A stretch of 53,535 nucleotides of DNA, filler included, from Jimgerdemannia flammicorona (GCA_003990765.1; 3 parts of 3 records of this genome joined end to end with filler, not necessarily neighbours in it), one strand, 5' to 3'. Shown: positions 38,701-51,897, counted from the whole stretch's first letter. The notes: generated from the sequence alone by a model not told the origin. Translations and numbers: made by a program.

Positions 38701-41400
38701 GCTCTCTCTCCTTCTTCCTTCTGAGTAAGGCCACATTGAGATGCCAATGCCCTCTACCACTGCCTGCTGTTTGGAATCTACCACACATCTCTACTCCCTA
38801 GTAATCAGACCAAGAGCACCAATGTACCTCTGTAATGTCCAGCATATTGCCCCAGCACTCAGCTACTAACACCTAATCTATTCACATCTCAACCAATCTA
38901 TTACCAACTGGGTGCTACTGGGTAAAGGACCCTGACTTATCCCTCTGATGCTAATAAATACCATCCACCAATCCTATGTCATGCTCCACCTGAAGCCATT
39001 AAGATAGACCAGAGGACATTGCTACTTCTGCTCCACCATTAGACCTATCCATTGTTTGATCATGCACCATATTAAAGTCTCCCCCCAGAATGTCCAAAGC
39101 AACTACCTTCCAACCTTCTTAAGCTTGCCAGCTCTCAATCTATTGCTTTCGCTCTCTGCCAACTGTAGGGAGGTAAACTGAGCCTACTGCAAAACCATTA
39201 TCTGCCCCTTCTTTTAGTCTTCCCCATACCAGTCTGTTACCATAGACCACTACCTCCACTTTGCCTATACTAACCAAGATGCCCACCTGCTTATTCCAAC
39301 CTACCCCACTGTATCATTCTTTACTCCACACCTCATAGTCTTGCTCCCCATAAGCTCAAATGTCCTGAAGAAAAACAATATCATATCTCCTGACTTTAAG
39401 CTATCAGAATAGCTACCATCTCTTAACCCTATCATGCAATCTATTGACATTGATTGATAAAATATATAAACTGTTCATCATCATTAAAGAAATTGTTTAA
39501 AGCATAGCTGGGACTGCCACACCCTTCTCAGCCCTTCCTCTAATGATCTCTTACTGGTTCTCACAAATTGCCCTCCTGATACAATCACCATTCACACTGT
39601 TGCAGAAAAGATCCACTCTTAAAGCTGTTATCTTTCTGATGTCTGCCATTCTGCTCTTATCAACTTCATATCCTTCATCATCCAGAAGAGCTGCCACAAT
39701 TGCCATCACCAGCTTGGGCCCCTATATTGTAACATTGAGAAATACTTCTCATACCTTGTGAGATCCATGAAAAATGTCCACTTCCTTGATATCTTCCTCC
39801 ACAAGTTCCTCAAGTACTACCTGATACTAGTTCTCTGCCATTATTGCCAAAGGCCCAGGAGTCGATGGTCTAGGGGTCCTGCTTAACTCTTGCAGCTGCT
39901 CTCTGTCTGCTGACACATCAGAGGCCACATCCATCAGCTCATCCTCCTCTGCAACCTTCTCCAAATGTACCACTTCCCCAGCCTCAGGGCACTCCCAATG
40001 AATATTTGCCACCTCAGTTATATGGGTGTCCTCCATCTGAGTCTCTGGTACTACTTCAATAATATCCTCAAAGTCCCCCTCTCTCACCTCCTCCTTATCT
40101 GCCCACTTTTCTCTCATTGGTACATACTCTGAGCTTTTCACACTACCCAGCTGGGAGAAGGACACCTCGATAGCTTCAACCCCTTCCATCTGATTCTTGA
40201 CCACCTCTGTTCTCATCTTCTCTTCCAATACTACCCCTTGAAGAGCTGCCTGCAGATGCTCTCCATTTCCTTTCCTCTACCTTCTGCCTGCCATTAGCTT
40301 GAATCCAGACCCAATCCTTGGCAAACTCTTCCCACTTCCTCTTTCACAGCTCCTTGGCAGCCTCTCTCTCCTCTAGAGTAATTGCCAGCTCTTCCTTCTC
40401 CTGTTTGGCTCCTTTCCTCCTCCACACCTTGCACTCTTGTCCTCTAATCTGAATCCCCTCTGGCCAATCCTGTCTCAGCCCTATTGCCTCCTTGCCTTCC
40501 AGTTACAGCATCACCTCACAGTTGCCATTCCTCAGTTTGGTGCCCTCTCAAAACATGAATCTGAAATCCACCATCTCACCATAGCTCTCCAGTGCCTCTA
40601 CCATTATTGTCTTAGTCTCCTGTCTGTCCAGTATTGGCAGGCCTTCTACTACCAGCCATATAGCACACAGGTCCCACCTCAAACACCTCATCATCCCAAT
40701 CCCGATACCCTTAACAGTCAGCTCTTTCTCCAGTGCCTTCATCATTGTCTCCTCTTCCACAAATCCAATCTCCACTGCCTCCACCAATAGGATAAACTTC
40801 AAGAACTCTGCCTCAGCCACATTATCCCCCACCAGTCTCAGAACCTCCCTAGCTAACATTGCCAATCCCAGGAAGTTCACTGAAACTGCCCATATTGACA
40901 CCAACTTGTAAAAGAAGAGCTGCACTACTAGCTTACCTGTCTCAGCCACCAGAGTCACCTTCTCTTTTGTTCCGGAGATACCAGTGGTCACTCCACCAGC
41001 CATAGCTGTACCACCAGTAGTCCTCTCCCCAGCCACCAGCCTAGCCCCAGAATAACCAGTCTCCAATATCATACCACCAGACCCCTGCCCCCTGCTGGAC
41101 ACCTGACCTGTTACCTGACCCATCACCTGACCCCTCCCCCTATCAATACTATGCCCCCCCTGCCCCACTCCCAAAGGCCTGGCTGTAGCCCTCCTGCTCC
41201 CTACTACAGTATGCCAGACCTTGATTCCACCAGACCTCCCCTGACCACTAGTCCCTCCAGTAGCCATACTAGCCCCTGCAGCAGCTACAAAGCTCTTGGG
41301 AAGGTCCAGACCAGGCCTCCTCCTCTCCAGATGCTTAGAGCTAGAGGAACCTTAACTAGCCATATCACCAAAACTTGATGGTTTTTGCTGAAACTTATTG
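35765..41400 (-). mobile_element. Near full-length L1/Tx1-like LINE: ORF1 ~41267-39484, ORF2 (APE+RT) 39478-~35870, poly(A); many premature stops
   Basis: ORF2 starts MNSLYILSINVN. DILGGDFN near 39070-39095, GRGHWHLN, SPGEDGL, GVPQRDPLSPLLY near 37460-37500, AFTDDIVV, GAKLNWGKCE. Tail AATAAA...AGTCTAAGTGACTATA(A)n at the contig start. 5' end approximate. Confidence 0.9.
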
Positions 41401-41534
41401 TGCCTTATAGATAGACTCCTGCTGCATGATGTACACTAGTGTATTTGAAATAAAAACTTGAAAATATATTGTCTTTCACTGAAAGATGTCTGTGTGGCTT
41501 AGCTTGCTCTGAGTAGTTTGAGCAAAAGAAGTCT

Positions 41535-44431
41535 CTTTTATTTTATAGTTACTTAGACTTCTACTTTATTACTAACTAGTCTATATTATACTAATATAGT
41601 ATATCTCTCACTCAATTCCACAAAGTATCTCCTCCTCTCTCTCTCTCTTTCTATTTCTTCAGAAAGTTATCATTCCTCTAACTATCCTAATCCTCCTCTC
41701 ACTTTGCTTACAAATCTTCTCTACAAGCTCTTAGAGCTCCTCTACAGGTCTCCACCCCTGCTACCAACTATTCAAAAGGTTCAGTATCAATCATTTCTAT
41801 CTTATAATCTGTAATCTAAGTGTCAACTACTATCTCTTCTCAAATATATATAGCTAATATTCAGTAAGCCCAATCTAAATAACTAGAGCCCACTCAATAG
41901 TTAACTACTCATTACTAATTCCTCTCACCAGTCTTCTCTGGAGATCATCCCACCTCTTCTCTCCCATTAGTCCAGACAGGTATACTCCTATCTAATCCTC
42001 AATCACTCCCTGAAAGTCACCCATTATCTCACACTCTCTCAGCCAATGCTCAGGAGTCTGTATCACCCTATTCTTCTACTTAATATTAATACACTCCTCA
42101 TACTCCAAGGTACTCCCTTCTATTAAATATTCCAACAAATAGTTCAACATCACATTACACTATAAAAGTCTTCATTATACTACCCAAAACTTGGAGAAAA
42201 TCCACCATACCATCTGCTTGCTCTATGACCAAATACTATTCCAGTCTTACTCTTTACCAATCTTCATCCCTTGCCAAGCCCCCAGCCACAAATCCCTCCT
42301 GTACTCTCAAAGATACTCTATATTATCCTCTAATCTGAAGTTATCTACTAGTGTACCTCCCAATAGAAGGTGGTCCCATCTTTATATCTGGGGTCTCTAA
42401 TCAACCTCTCTCATTGCTCTACTATTAGAGGTCAATTCATCAAGCTCTATCAATCATTCCTTACTAGAATCTCCTAAAGTATATCTTCTAGCTCCCCTCC
42501 AGTACTATCAGAGAAAGTAAGTTATCTGATACATATATTATAGAGAGAGAATCATACCTCTCATACCCTCTCATACCCTCTACATAAAGAGTACTCACTC
42601 TTGGCCCCTCAACTCATTAGCTCACTTCAGCCACTATATCCTCAAGTAGTATAAGTACTTAGTAAAGTCCACCAGACCCAGTGCTCTCTTGTCTACTAGT
42701 AATATCAGCACCTTCCAGCCAATTTGAATTCTCAACTCTATTCATATCCAGATCCTAGCTATCTTCAATAACCTTTTAATTACCCATACTAAAAATCTCA
42801 AGTAATACTCCAAATACTATAACTTAGACAGCCAATATATATTCAATACTATCTAAAGAGATATATCTGCTACTATACTCCAGAAGAGTATTCTTCTACT
42901 CAATTAGCTACTGCTTCTACCATCTCTGAGACAATAGAGAGCCATATACTGAGAAGTAGATCTCTAGATAATAAACTACCTCTCTCACTGAGATAACTGT
43001 TCCAATCACATCCCTATCTACTATCTCTCTACCTAGAACTAGAGTCTCACACTTATACTAGTTAAGCTTTATATATATCTGAGTATCTCTCATATCATTT
43101 TACTGCTCTCTTCAGTACCATCATATCCTCTACAGAGTTCAGCCCAATTACTATATTATCAGTAAAAGCTCTCACCTTTTAATTTACTCTTAGAATATTC
43201 AACTCTTCTACCTTATATCTAATCTTATTCAACAGAGACTCCAGAGAGAGGGCATATAGAATTAATGATAGCAGATCTCTCTGTAGTACTCTTCTGCCCA
43301 GGAGAAATGAAACCCCCCTTAGCAGTCTGACTTCCCTTCAATAGACTAATCAGAGATTATCTAAACTCTGGGAGAACCCTTATATACTTTAGTACCCCCT
43401 CTAACCACACTTGCCAACCTTGTCATATAACTTCTTTTGGTCTAGAAATACTAATCAACCATCTACCTCTGAAACATATACTCCTTCAATAATACTATGT
43501 ATTCATGCTATTCTATCTCTTATCAAATGACCTCCTATAAAGCCCCTCTGTACCTGCTGAGTTACTCCTTATAGTCTTACTACTAATATCTTTATAACCA
43601 GCTTGCTATCTATATCTAGAAGTATGATTGGCCTTCAGTTCTTCCACTTCTCTCTTCTTCTCTTATATTTGTATAATAGAGCTACAAGATCTAGATATTG
43701 CCCCCCAATCTAAACCTTTAAGCTAATAACTTCATCATATATCTACTTAATCTCCTCTAAAGCCAACTCAATACCTGCTATCCTCTTCTAGAAATCTCAC
43801 AACAGACTATTCTTCCTGTTCTGAGACTCATCATTGTCAATATCTTATAGATCTTCTCTGCTTGAACAGGTACTCTAAGTTGATCTAAGCCTACTACTGG
43901 ATCTGAATATCAATCCTCCAGATGCTATTCAATGTCTAGTATATTCTCTCTACCTTTTCCCTTACTATATAATTGCTCCTACTATGAACTCAACTGGTCC
44001 AAGATCTCTAGAGTTCTAACCACCATCTCTTCTATCTTATCTAATACTCCTTTCTACTATTGCCTCACCCTCCTTGCCTAAAGAAGCCTTGATAGGAACT
44101 TCATAGGTCTCTTCCCCTCTTCTATATCCAACTACTATAGCCAGGCTATCATACTTCTCATCTATACATCTTTCTCCTGCCTCAGTATTTCCTTTAGCTC
44201 CTCTATCTCAAGCCAGACCTACTGAACCCTCCAATCTCCCTCCTCTCCATTGTTTGGCAAATCAGTCCATATCATCAATAACTTCTCTAATCTCTAAAAA
44301 GCCCACCTTAGATGATTTCTCTCTGAGCACCCTTCACCCTCCTTGTCTCTCTCTAGAACCATTATATATCTGATTTAAAATACTATCATTAATCTCCAAT
44401 CTCCAGCCTCTCTACTCTCCCAATAAGAATC
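41535..44431 (-). mobile_element. Second LINE (ORF2 part, more decayed), cut at its 5' side by Gypsy LTR A
   Basis: Same 3' tail (TATAGTTACTTAGACT..CTTTATT) at ~41544-41570. Degenerate AF(T)D(D) near 43155-43170, Q(G)D(P)LS near 43270-43285, WRPIILLD near 43615-43640. Confidence 0.8.
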
Positions 44432-46493
44432 TGTAAGAGGGTTGCTATTTAAAGTAACTGTTACATAGTTCTGGGAGGGTTTTCTGGAAGTTCTGGATAT
44501 TCTGGAAGACTGTTTTCTTTTGGTCAAGATCAATTTTATATGGAGTATATCCTCTATGCTTATTGATTTTAAGATCGGATTGACATCTCAACCAAAGTCC
44601 TTTTTCGGACTAGTTCTGGATGTTCAGGATTTTTCTGTATTTCAGGAAGTTCAAGAAACTAAGACCAGCTTAGTTGAATTGGTGTATCGCTGCAGACAAT
44701 ACTCAATTAGGAAATTTCGTGACAGGGTTAGGAGTGGGACCTAACGGGAAGTAGATTTACTTAAGAGTGGTTTGTGGGTTATTAAATAGGTTTATTCGCT
44801 ATTCATAATATTGCTATACTAGGAGTAGTTATGTGAAGGGGTATTGTGGAGAAGTATTCAGAAATGTTCTTATGTGTTCAAGTCTGAGATTCTGAGGTCT
44901 GGGGGAGGGGGTATTTATACTAGTGAGGGGTTATCTGGACTATGCTGAATATGGATGTAATACTAAGTGCTTTGCTGAGTCAGAATGCAGTCACATAGTA
45001 CAAGTGTGATCTGACATGTCAAGAGATTGTCTGACTGCTGAGTCAGTTCACAGTTATGTCGTACAAGGCTAATCTAACTATACTATGACTGCTAGGCTAT
45101 TTATGGGTTTAGGCACTATCTGGGTAGTCCTCGATGACATCACCATCGATTGCATCATCTCTGATGAAGTAGTCGCCCAGGAAAAGTGGTTCGCAGATTA
45201 CTTCTCCTTGTTCACTGAGATAATAATATATTGGAACTTCATCTCCATCCCACAGGATAGCATCGTCTGTCTTGTAGGCTAGATAAGGTGTTGGTGGACA
45301 AAGGAGGGGTGCATCATCTTCACTTTCATCAGATTCGCTATCTGTATACCTTCTGTAGATTACAGTACTATGAGTCACAGGGTTGTAGTAAGCTGGTGGC
45401 TGTGGTTCATGTCACTCATACTCGGGTGGTGGAGTGGTTGGTTCAATCTTGAGGGTTATCTGGAGGTACAGGTTGTATTCTCCAGTCTCTTCATTGTAGT
45501 TGAAGTAATCGGGAATGAATGCAGGTTGGTATTCGTGCCAGTGGTCATTGTCTCAATAAGATTCATATGCAGTTATGAACTATTGTAAGTTCATCGGCAA
45601 GGTTGGGGGAGTGATCAGGGTTGGCAGAGATCCTTGGCTAGAGGTCATGTTGGCATCAGAGGGATCATTGTCTTCTGCTTTGTCTTCATCAAAGTGGATT
45701 ATATCATAGATGTCCTTCATGGCATATCCAACTTGGGGCATTTGCAGGATATGATCATTGGGGTGTGGGAAGATTCTATCTGTGGTTTCAATGTACTCGA
45801 GGTACTTGTGGTTGAGTTCTTGTATCATGTCATCGATTTGACCATAGGACAGAGTAGTAACCATTTCACTGGTAGTAACTCGGAGGCGGGAAATAATGGT
45901 ACTATACTCATAGAAGAGTTCTCGATGTTTGCGGGTGATGAGCTTCTGGTGTTGAGACATCTGGGTAATGTCTGTATCATGGTGGTGTTCAACCATGTCT
46001 TCCAGGAGGCGGCCAATCTGGTAGTAGCTTGAGATTTGTCTGATTCAGTGGGCCTCACTAAGCATGTTCAGAGCATTCCATCGGGCTTCCATGAAGTAGA
46101 GGGGTGCTAGGCTATGGATAATCATGAGGGGCAGAGGGGGTGTAGCTTAGTTGACAATAGCATTCCAAATATCAGTGCAGATATAGTTGTAGATCTTGGT
46201 AGTTATGTTTGTGTGTTTGGAAGTTGTAGTTGTTGTTTGTTTTGGTTCTCTGATTTGAAATCTCTCGGTGCTCAGTATATATGCATTTGGTCCTGATTGG
46301 TAAGGTTCCATTTATGTAATTCTTGTGTTCTGTAACTTCATATTGACTCAGCTTTGTATGCTGTGACTTCAGTTTGACTCAGCTTTATGATCAAGCAGGT
46401 AATTTCCAGATTTGTTCAGAGGTCGTGTGTGATTTCAGTGGCTTGTTCTGAGGGTGATGTGTAATTTCGGTGGCTTGGAGGTGTGTGCTTACA
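44432..46493 (-). mobile_element. Gypsy family A complete 3' LTR (2062 bp)
   Basis: 6-bp terminal inverted repeat TGTAAG...CTTACA. Preceded on the minus strand by PPT AAGAAGGGGAGAGT (46494-46507). TATAAATA at 44919-44912 and AATAAA at 44796-44791. Confidence 0.92.
45109..46206 (-). pseudogene. LTR-encoded ORF of family A (366 codons, one frame, start ATG>ATA, a few transition-derived stops)
   Basis: ORFs 45996-45580 and 45378-45109 share a frame with ATA at 46206 (ATG in copy 1). Internal stops TAA/TGA/TAG revert by a single transition. TATATA at 46281-46276 lies upstream. Confidence 0.85.
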
Positions 46494-47815
46494 ACTCTCC
46501 CCTTCTTAGCTTTCGACATCCTCATTGAGGCCTTCTAATTTTGTTCAGTGGTACAGAGAGGATAGGCTTGCTTTCAGTGTTGCCATTTTTCCAGAGGGTC
46601 AGTATTCTTGTCTTGTTTTGCTGAGTTCTTGGTTTAGTTTGCAATAATTAATATGTTCAGGGGGATAATATATAGTATGTACAGATAGGTGCAAGAGTAT
46701 TTGGTTCTAGTTGTTCAAGGAATCATATTCCTGAACTAGATCAATAGCATTCTGAAGATTGGTCTTGGGTTGTTCTTGTTTCTTGTTATGCTTGGTCATT
46801 TGGGTGAGGGCAGTAGCGATTTTAGCAAAGTTGGCAACAAATTGCCTGTAATAGTTTGCTAATCCCAGGAATGACTGGAGGTCTTTCAGCTTCTTGGGTC
46901 TGGGCCAATCCTTGATTGCAGAGATTTTGCTAGGGTCTACTTTGATTCTATTTGGAGTGACAATGTGTCTAAGGAATTGAATTTCTTTCAGGAGAAATTC
47001 GCATTTGCTGAGTTTTGCAAAGAGTCAGTTTTCTCGGAGTTTTAGGAGTACTAGTTCAAGGTGTTCAAGATGTTTCTCCAGGGTTTTGCTGAAGACTAGG
47101 ATGTCATCAATGTAGACAACAATGAATTTGTCCAGGTATGGATGCAGAATGATATTCATCAGTGTCTGGAAGGTTGCTGGAGCATTAGTTAAGCCAAAGG
47201 GCATATTCAGGAACTCGAAGTGTCCATAGCGAGTTCAGAAAGCTGTCTTGTAGATGTCTTCTTCTTTCATAGCAATTTTCCAGTAACCATTTTGCAGGTC
47301 GAAGGAGCTCATGAATTGCAGGTTGGTAAGTCTGTCGAATATTTCATCGATCCTCGGTAGTGGGCAACAGTTCTTGATGGTCTGTTTATTGAGATCGTGG
47401 TAGTCAATACACATTCGCAGGTCTCCTCCTTTCTTGACAACAAAGAGGACTGGTGCACCATAGGGAGATACACTGGGTCTGATGAATCCTTATTCTAGGA
47501 GTTCGTTGATTTCCTTCTTGAGTGCATCAATTTCTCTCAGAGACATGTGGTAGATTGACTTGAAGGCTGGGTTGGTATCTGGGATAGTCTTGATTGTATG
47601 GTCTACTGCTTGTTTGGGAGGTAGGCCTTTTGGGAGCTTCTTTGGAAATATGTCTCAGAATTTCTGGAGTAGTGGTCTGACATGGCTGTCAACTTTAGAG
47701 TAATCTTCTTCAGAGTTCTCGGGTTCTCCTTTGGATAGATGGATGGAGATGGTGAAGAGAGGATATTTCTTGGCCAATTTCTTAAGTTGTAGCTTGTTGA
47801 TGTGGGTGATCTTTG
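46494..47815 (-). mobile_element. Ty3/Gypsy pol fragment (RT plus connection; RNase H core and integrase missing) of family A
   Basis: [59 protein letters not shown] and FLGLANYYRQF read on the minus strand. Confidence 0.93.
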
Positions 47816-49380
47816 GTCCAGGGTCACTAGAGTTCTGTAGAGTGGTATGAGGAGTACTCTGAAGCTAAGCTGAATTGGCATAAGTGTGAGACAATAGTGC
47901 TAGGCAATAGCCTGGTGGGAGGGGAAGTTATAGGAACAATCATCCCCACTGGTGAAGCAGTGCGGTACTTAGGTATCTACTTGTCAGTCTATGGGTCAGT
48001 TCTGCCCAGGCTATGGTGGGAGCAGAGGATTGGAATCTGGGAGGAGGCCCTGCAGAGTTGGGGGGGATGATATTTTTCTCTGGCAGAGCAGGTCTCAATT
48101 TTGAATGTCTACTGGCTGCCAAAGTTGTGGTACCTGGCATATCATCTGGACTTCCCAGCCTGGGTGGTGAAGAGATTGTTGAAGTTAGTGAAGAGATGGA
48201 TTTGGGCTGGTAGGTGGAGTCAGATTAGTTGGGAGACCTTGTCCCTACCAGTAGCAAGAGGTGGTCTTGGGCTGATTGACTTTCCAAAATGATTACACTG
48301 CTTGAGAGTATGGTGGCTGAAGAGGGTAGTGGAGTTGAAAGGAGGTGGATGGGTCCCTCTACTACAGAAGATATGGGAGAGGCGGGTATCGCCAAGGGGC
48401 TCAACTGGAGATCTCCTCTCCTTGGTTGGGCTTCAGAACACTGCCCAACTGTGATATAAAGGATTTTGGTGGGGGATTGCAGAAGAGGTACACCATATTG
48501 GTATTCATTGGTAGGAGAATGAAGGAGAGGAGGATTGGGACCTGGCAATGTGGAGATGGGATTGTCTACTGCTGGGTAGCGCTCCTTTAGTTGAGTTCAA
48601 CATTGGTGATAGAATGGAATGTCAAAGGGGACCAGGCCAGGATCTGTGGCCTAGCAGTTGGCAGGGAGTTGGTATTGGCAAAGAGTGGAACTGGCATGGT
48701 GTTTGGACCTGGAGTGCTGCAGTGAGAACATGGCTGCTGCCAAAGTACTGGGTGGTCTGGTGGCACATGTGGCGGAGGAATGTTATGCTCAACTTTCATT
48801 CAGGGTATCTTGTTGTAGGGGGTTGCTTTGACTGTAAGGAGTGCCATAATGTAGGGCAGGAGGGGGGTTACGTACAGACACCAGAATATTGGCTAGGGGA
48901 GTGTGAGGTGTTGGGGGATTTTTGGCAGACAATTGGGGATCGCTTGGGGGTATGGGGTAGGGGTGATGAAGTACGGGGGTGGTGGGAGGACTTGAGGGAT
49001 AGATTGGTAGGGGGGATAGGGAAGTAGTGGCTTACTTTAGGTTGGGCTTTAGCTATTTGGGTGGGGTTGGCCAGTCATTGGCTATTTGTTTTTGAGGATA
49101 GGAGGAGACAGAGCTTGGGGGACCAGTTGCTGTAGTAGCATAGGCTTATGGAAGACACCTTAACAGGCTGGTGGCTGGGTTGGGGGATGCAGGGTGGTCG
49201 GAGGTGCCACTTGGTGGAGAACATTTGTGGGCAAAGTGGGGGGAGAGTTGGGGTAGTTGGTGAAAGGGTGATTTTCATTTGTGAGAAAATAGGGAGGGGC
49301 CCCCCTGTGGGAATTGGATAGTGGGTAGGAATGATGTATATTTATTCATAGACTGGTAATAAAGGCAGAGTCCAAGTGAC

Positions 49381-49425
<45 letters not shown>
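47816..49425 (+). mobile_element. 5'-truncated LINE 3' portion with ~42-nt poly(A)
   Basis: AKLNWHKCE, RYLLV, LPVARGGLGLID, C-terminal CKEC..QTPEY...C. AATAAA at 49358, then the tail AGTCCAAGTGACTAT(A)n. Confidence 0.88.
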
Positions 49426-49427
<2 letters not shown>

Positions 49428-49439
49428 TGAAGATGATGA

Positions 49440-50345
49440 CAAATTCTCTAGCAATAAAATATCTATTAAAAAAAAAGTACTTCAATATTTACTATTAAAC
49501 CTATTCTAATTTAGAAAGTTATCAAGATATACTAAAAACTTCTCAATATAAGAACTATATGAGCTATAGTAAAGTATACAAATATACACATTATAACATC
49601 TGATAAGCTATATATATATTATGAAGCTATAACTAGTTCAGATACATAGTAAGAAATGAAAATAAGCTATAGATGATAAATATGATTGTCTATTGAGAAT
49701 AATATATAAGATCTAGCATCTCTTTTACCAAACTATCAAGCAATCAGATCTGAATAGATATATGATAAAATATAATACTGATAGAAATATAAAGTAGTGT
49801 AAAGCTCATTTTATAGCTAAAGATTATTTATAAGATTATAGCATAGACTATTATAAGACTTTTTTAACTATATTTAACTCACTTCACTTAGAAAGCTCTT
49901 TATAATTAGTATGCTATATATATAATTTAAAAATCTATCAAATAGATATTAAGATGGCTTTTTTATATAGTAAAATTATTACTAAACTATATATCTATCA
50001 ATCTAAAGAATAAAAACTTATAATAGTCAGAATAGTAATCTTATATATAAACTATTTAAAAGACTATAGAGTATTAAATAAAAAGTATAATTATGAAATA
50101 AAAAATATAATTAATAATAGATTTTTATATTATAAAACAGATAATTATATATTTATTCAGTATTATTATAATGGTAGCATACTATTCATTAGTATATAGA
50201 TGAATGATATTATTATCATTATTAGTAAGAATAGGCTTAATAGAGATAAAGAAGATCTATACTGAAAGTTCAAGATAATAGATATAAGTAATACATTCTT
50301 CCTTTTGAAAATATATATTAATTATATATTATAAGTAATATATAT
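49440..50345 (+). mobile_element. Heavily decayed Ty1/Copia RT remnant
   Basis: KAHFIAKDY..DYSIDYYKTF (= KARFVAKGY..GIDY.ETF) at ~49800-49863, YQIDIKMAFLYS (= HQMDVKTAFLYG) at ~49935-49970, degenerate YVDDII near 50200. Confidence 0.8.
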
Positions 50346-50351
50346 ATATAT

Positions 50352-51894
50352 TATAACAATGACCTCAGAATGATGAGATCATTATAGGAGATAGTCTTTC
50401 CTTATAAGCCACTAGATCAAAACACAAGATTATATAGCATAACTTACCCAGGCTATGAGATGAGTAATAATGACTAACTATGAGTCATTATGACTATAAG
50501 ACAGATATCTCAAGGAATATAAAAGAAGGATCAAGAAACTGCAGTAGCAGCAACTCAAACAAGGCTCACAGAAATAGTTTAAAAGACTTACTATAAATAA
50601 AATACCTGCCACTCACCAAACCTTAAGGTCCAGAAACCACCAATGCCCCTCAGTCCAGGAAAGGATATTCCAAGACATCAGAAGAGTTATAAGGACCCAC
50701 ATAAGAAGGACTTCTAGCCTCAACCTGGGTACTGGTGACTCTTATCATTATATTCTCTACTTGTAAAATGGAAACAAGGATCACCATTACTATTGAATGC
50801 CTCTGGATATACATAGCAGGAATATGAAATAAGAAACCTCCTCTACTGAAAATTCCCTCAGGCCAGTCTCCAAGAGATACAAGATGCTACTTCTATAGAT
50901 ACATATGAAATAAGGATAGCCAAGAAGATTCATCAGATCTTCAGGCATACACTGTGGTTAATCCCCAACTTGGAGTATATTAGAATCTCAAACTTCAAGG
51001 AATTGTCAGCCTGCTGTACCAATGCACTGGAGGCCATGGTGGCAATAGAAGCCAAGTCCACTATCACTCTCAATAGTGATGAAGTAGAAGAGTTCTGAAA
51101 TCCCATCCTCCAGGACAATCCAGATCAATTTCTGCAAAGATTGATCTCAGTATTTTAAGGCCCCAGTATTCAGGTTAGATCTCCCCAAGATCCCATCATT
51201 TGTTTCTTATTTTGTAGAAGAGAATGTTATAGATTAGAGAGCCCCTGCTATCAGCAAACATGATGACATTATTAGTGATAATGTCATCCCACTAATGGGC
51301 AACATATACAAAGTATGCAAAATGAACAAAATGTTTACTGACCTCATTTCCTTTAAAGACATCCTGTCTCTGATCTTTAGCCTTAATAATAGTGATGAAG
51401 ATGAAGCTCCAATAGTTCTGAACTTTCTGCTCTAAGTTCTTGATAATACTGAAATCTACCAGTATCCTTTTTCTATATAACTGAATTCTACTAGCATCCA
51501 TTTTCCTATATTTCCAAAATCTACTGGCATCTTGAACTTGTACAACTATTTGTATAGGTACTTGAATTTATACTTACAACTGAAGTTTTTTGTGTTTCAG
51601 TATTTTATTTGGTTATTGGAATTTATATTTAGCTTTATATCTTAGCAACTATTGAATTATATTTTGTATAAATATCCCTTTTATTTTCTTTGAAATAAAG
51701 TCAGTCAAGTTCACTTATACTCAATTCTGTGCAAGCAATCTAAGAGATAACAAGATAGTTTAAAGATAAGAAGTTTGAGAACTATAAGACCTTGAGAAGA
51801 TACTTCAATAAGAACTTGTTAATAACAAACTTGTAGTTAGTCTAAGAGATATGAATCTGATATATTTTAAGATCTCAGCAATCACTATATGATA
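50352..51894 (+). mobile_element. Gypsy family B 5' LTR (1543 bp) containing the decayed U3 ORF
   Basis: Colinear with 27299-28840; termini mutated to TA...TA. Followed after 3 nt by TGG. Confidence 0.88.
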
Positions 51895-51897
51895 ACT

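Noticed and set aside
36156..41378. Plus-strand ORFs over the LINE
   Set aside because: They are antisense shadows of LINE ORF1/ORF2 with low-complexity translations.
45370..46296. Plus-strand ORFs inside LTR A (e.g. 45634-46032)
   Set aside because: They are antisense to the longer continuous minus-strand frame that has a promoter and cross-copy support.
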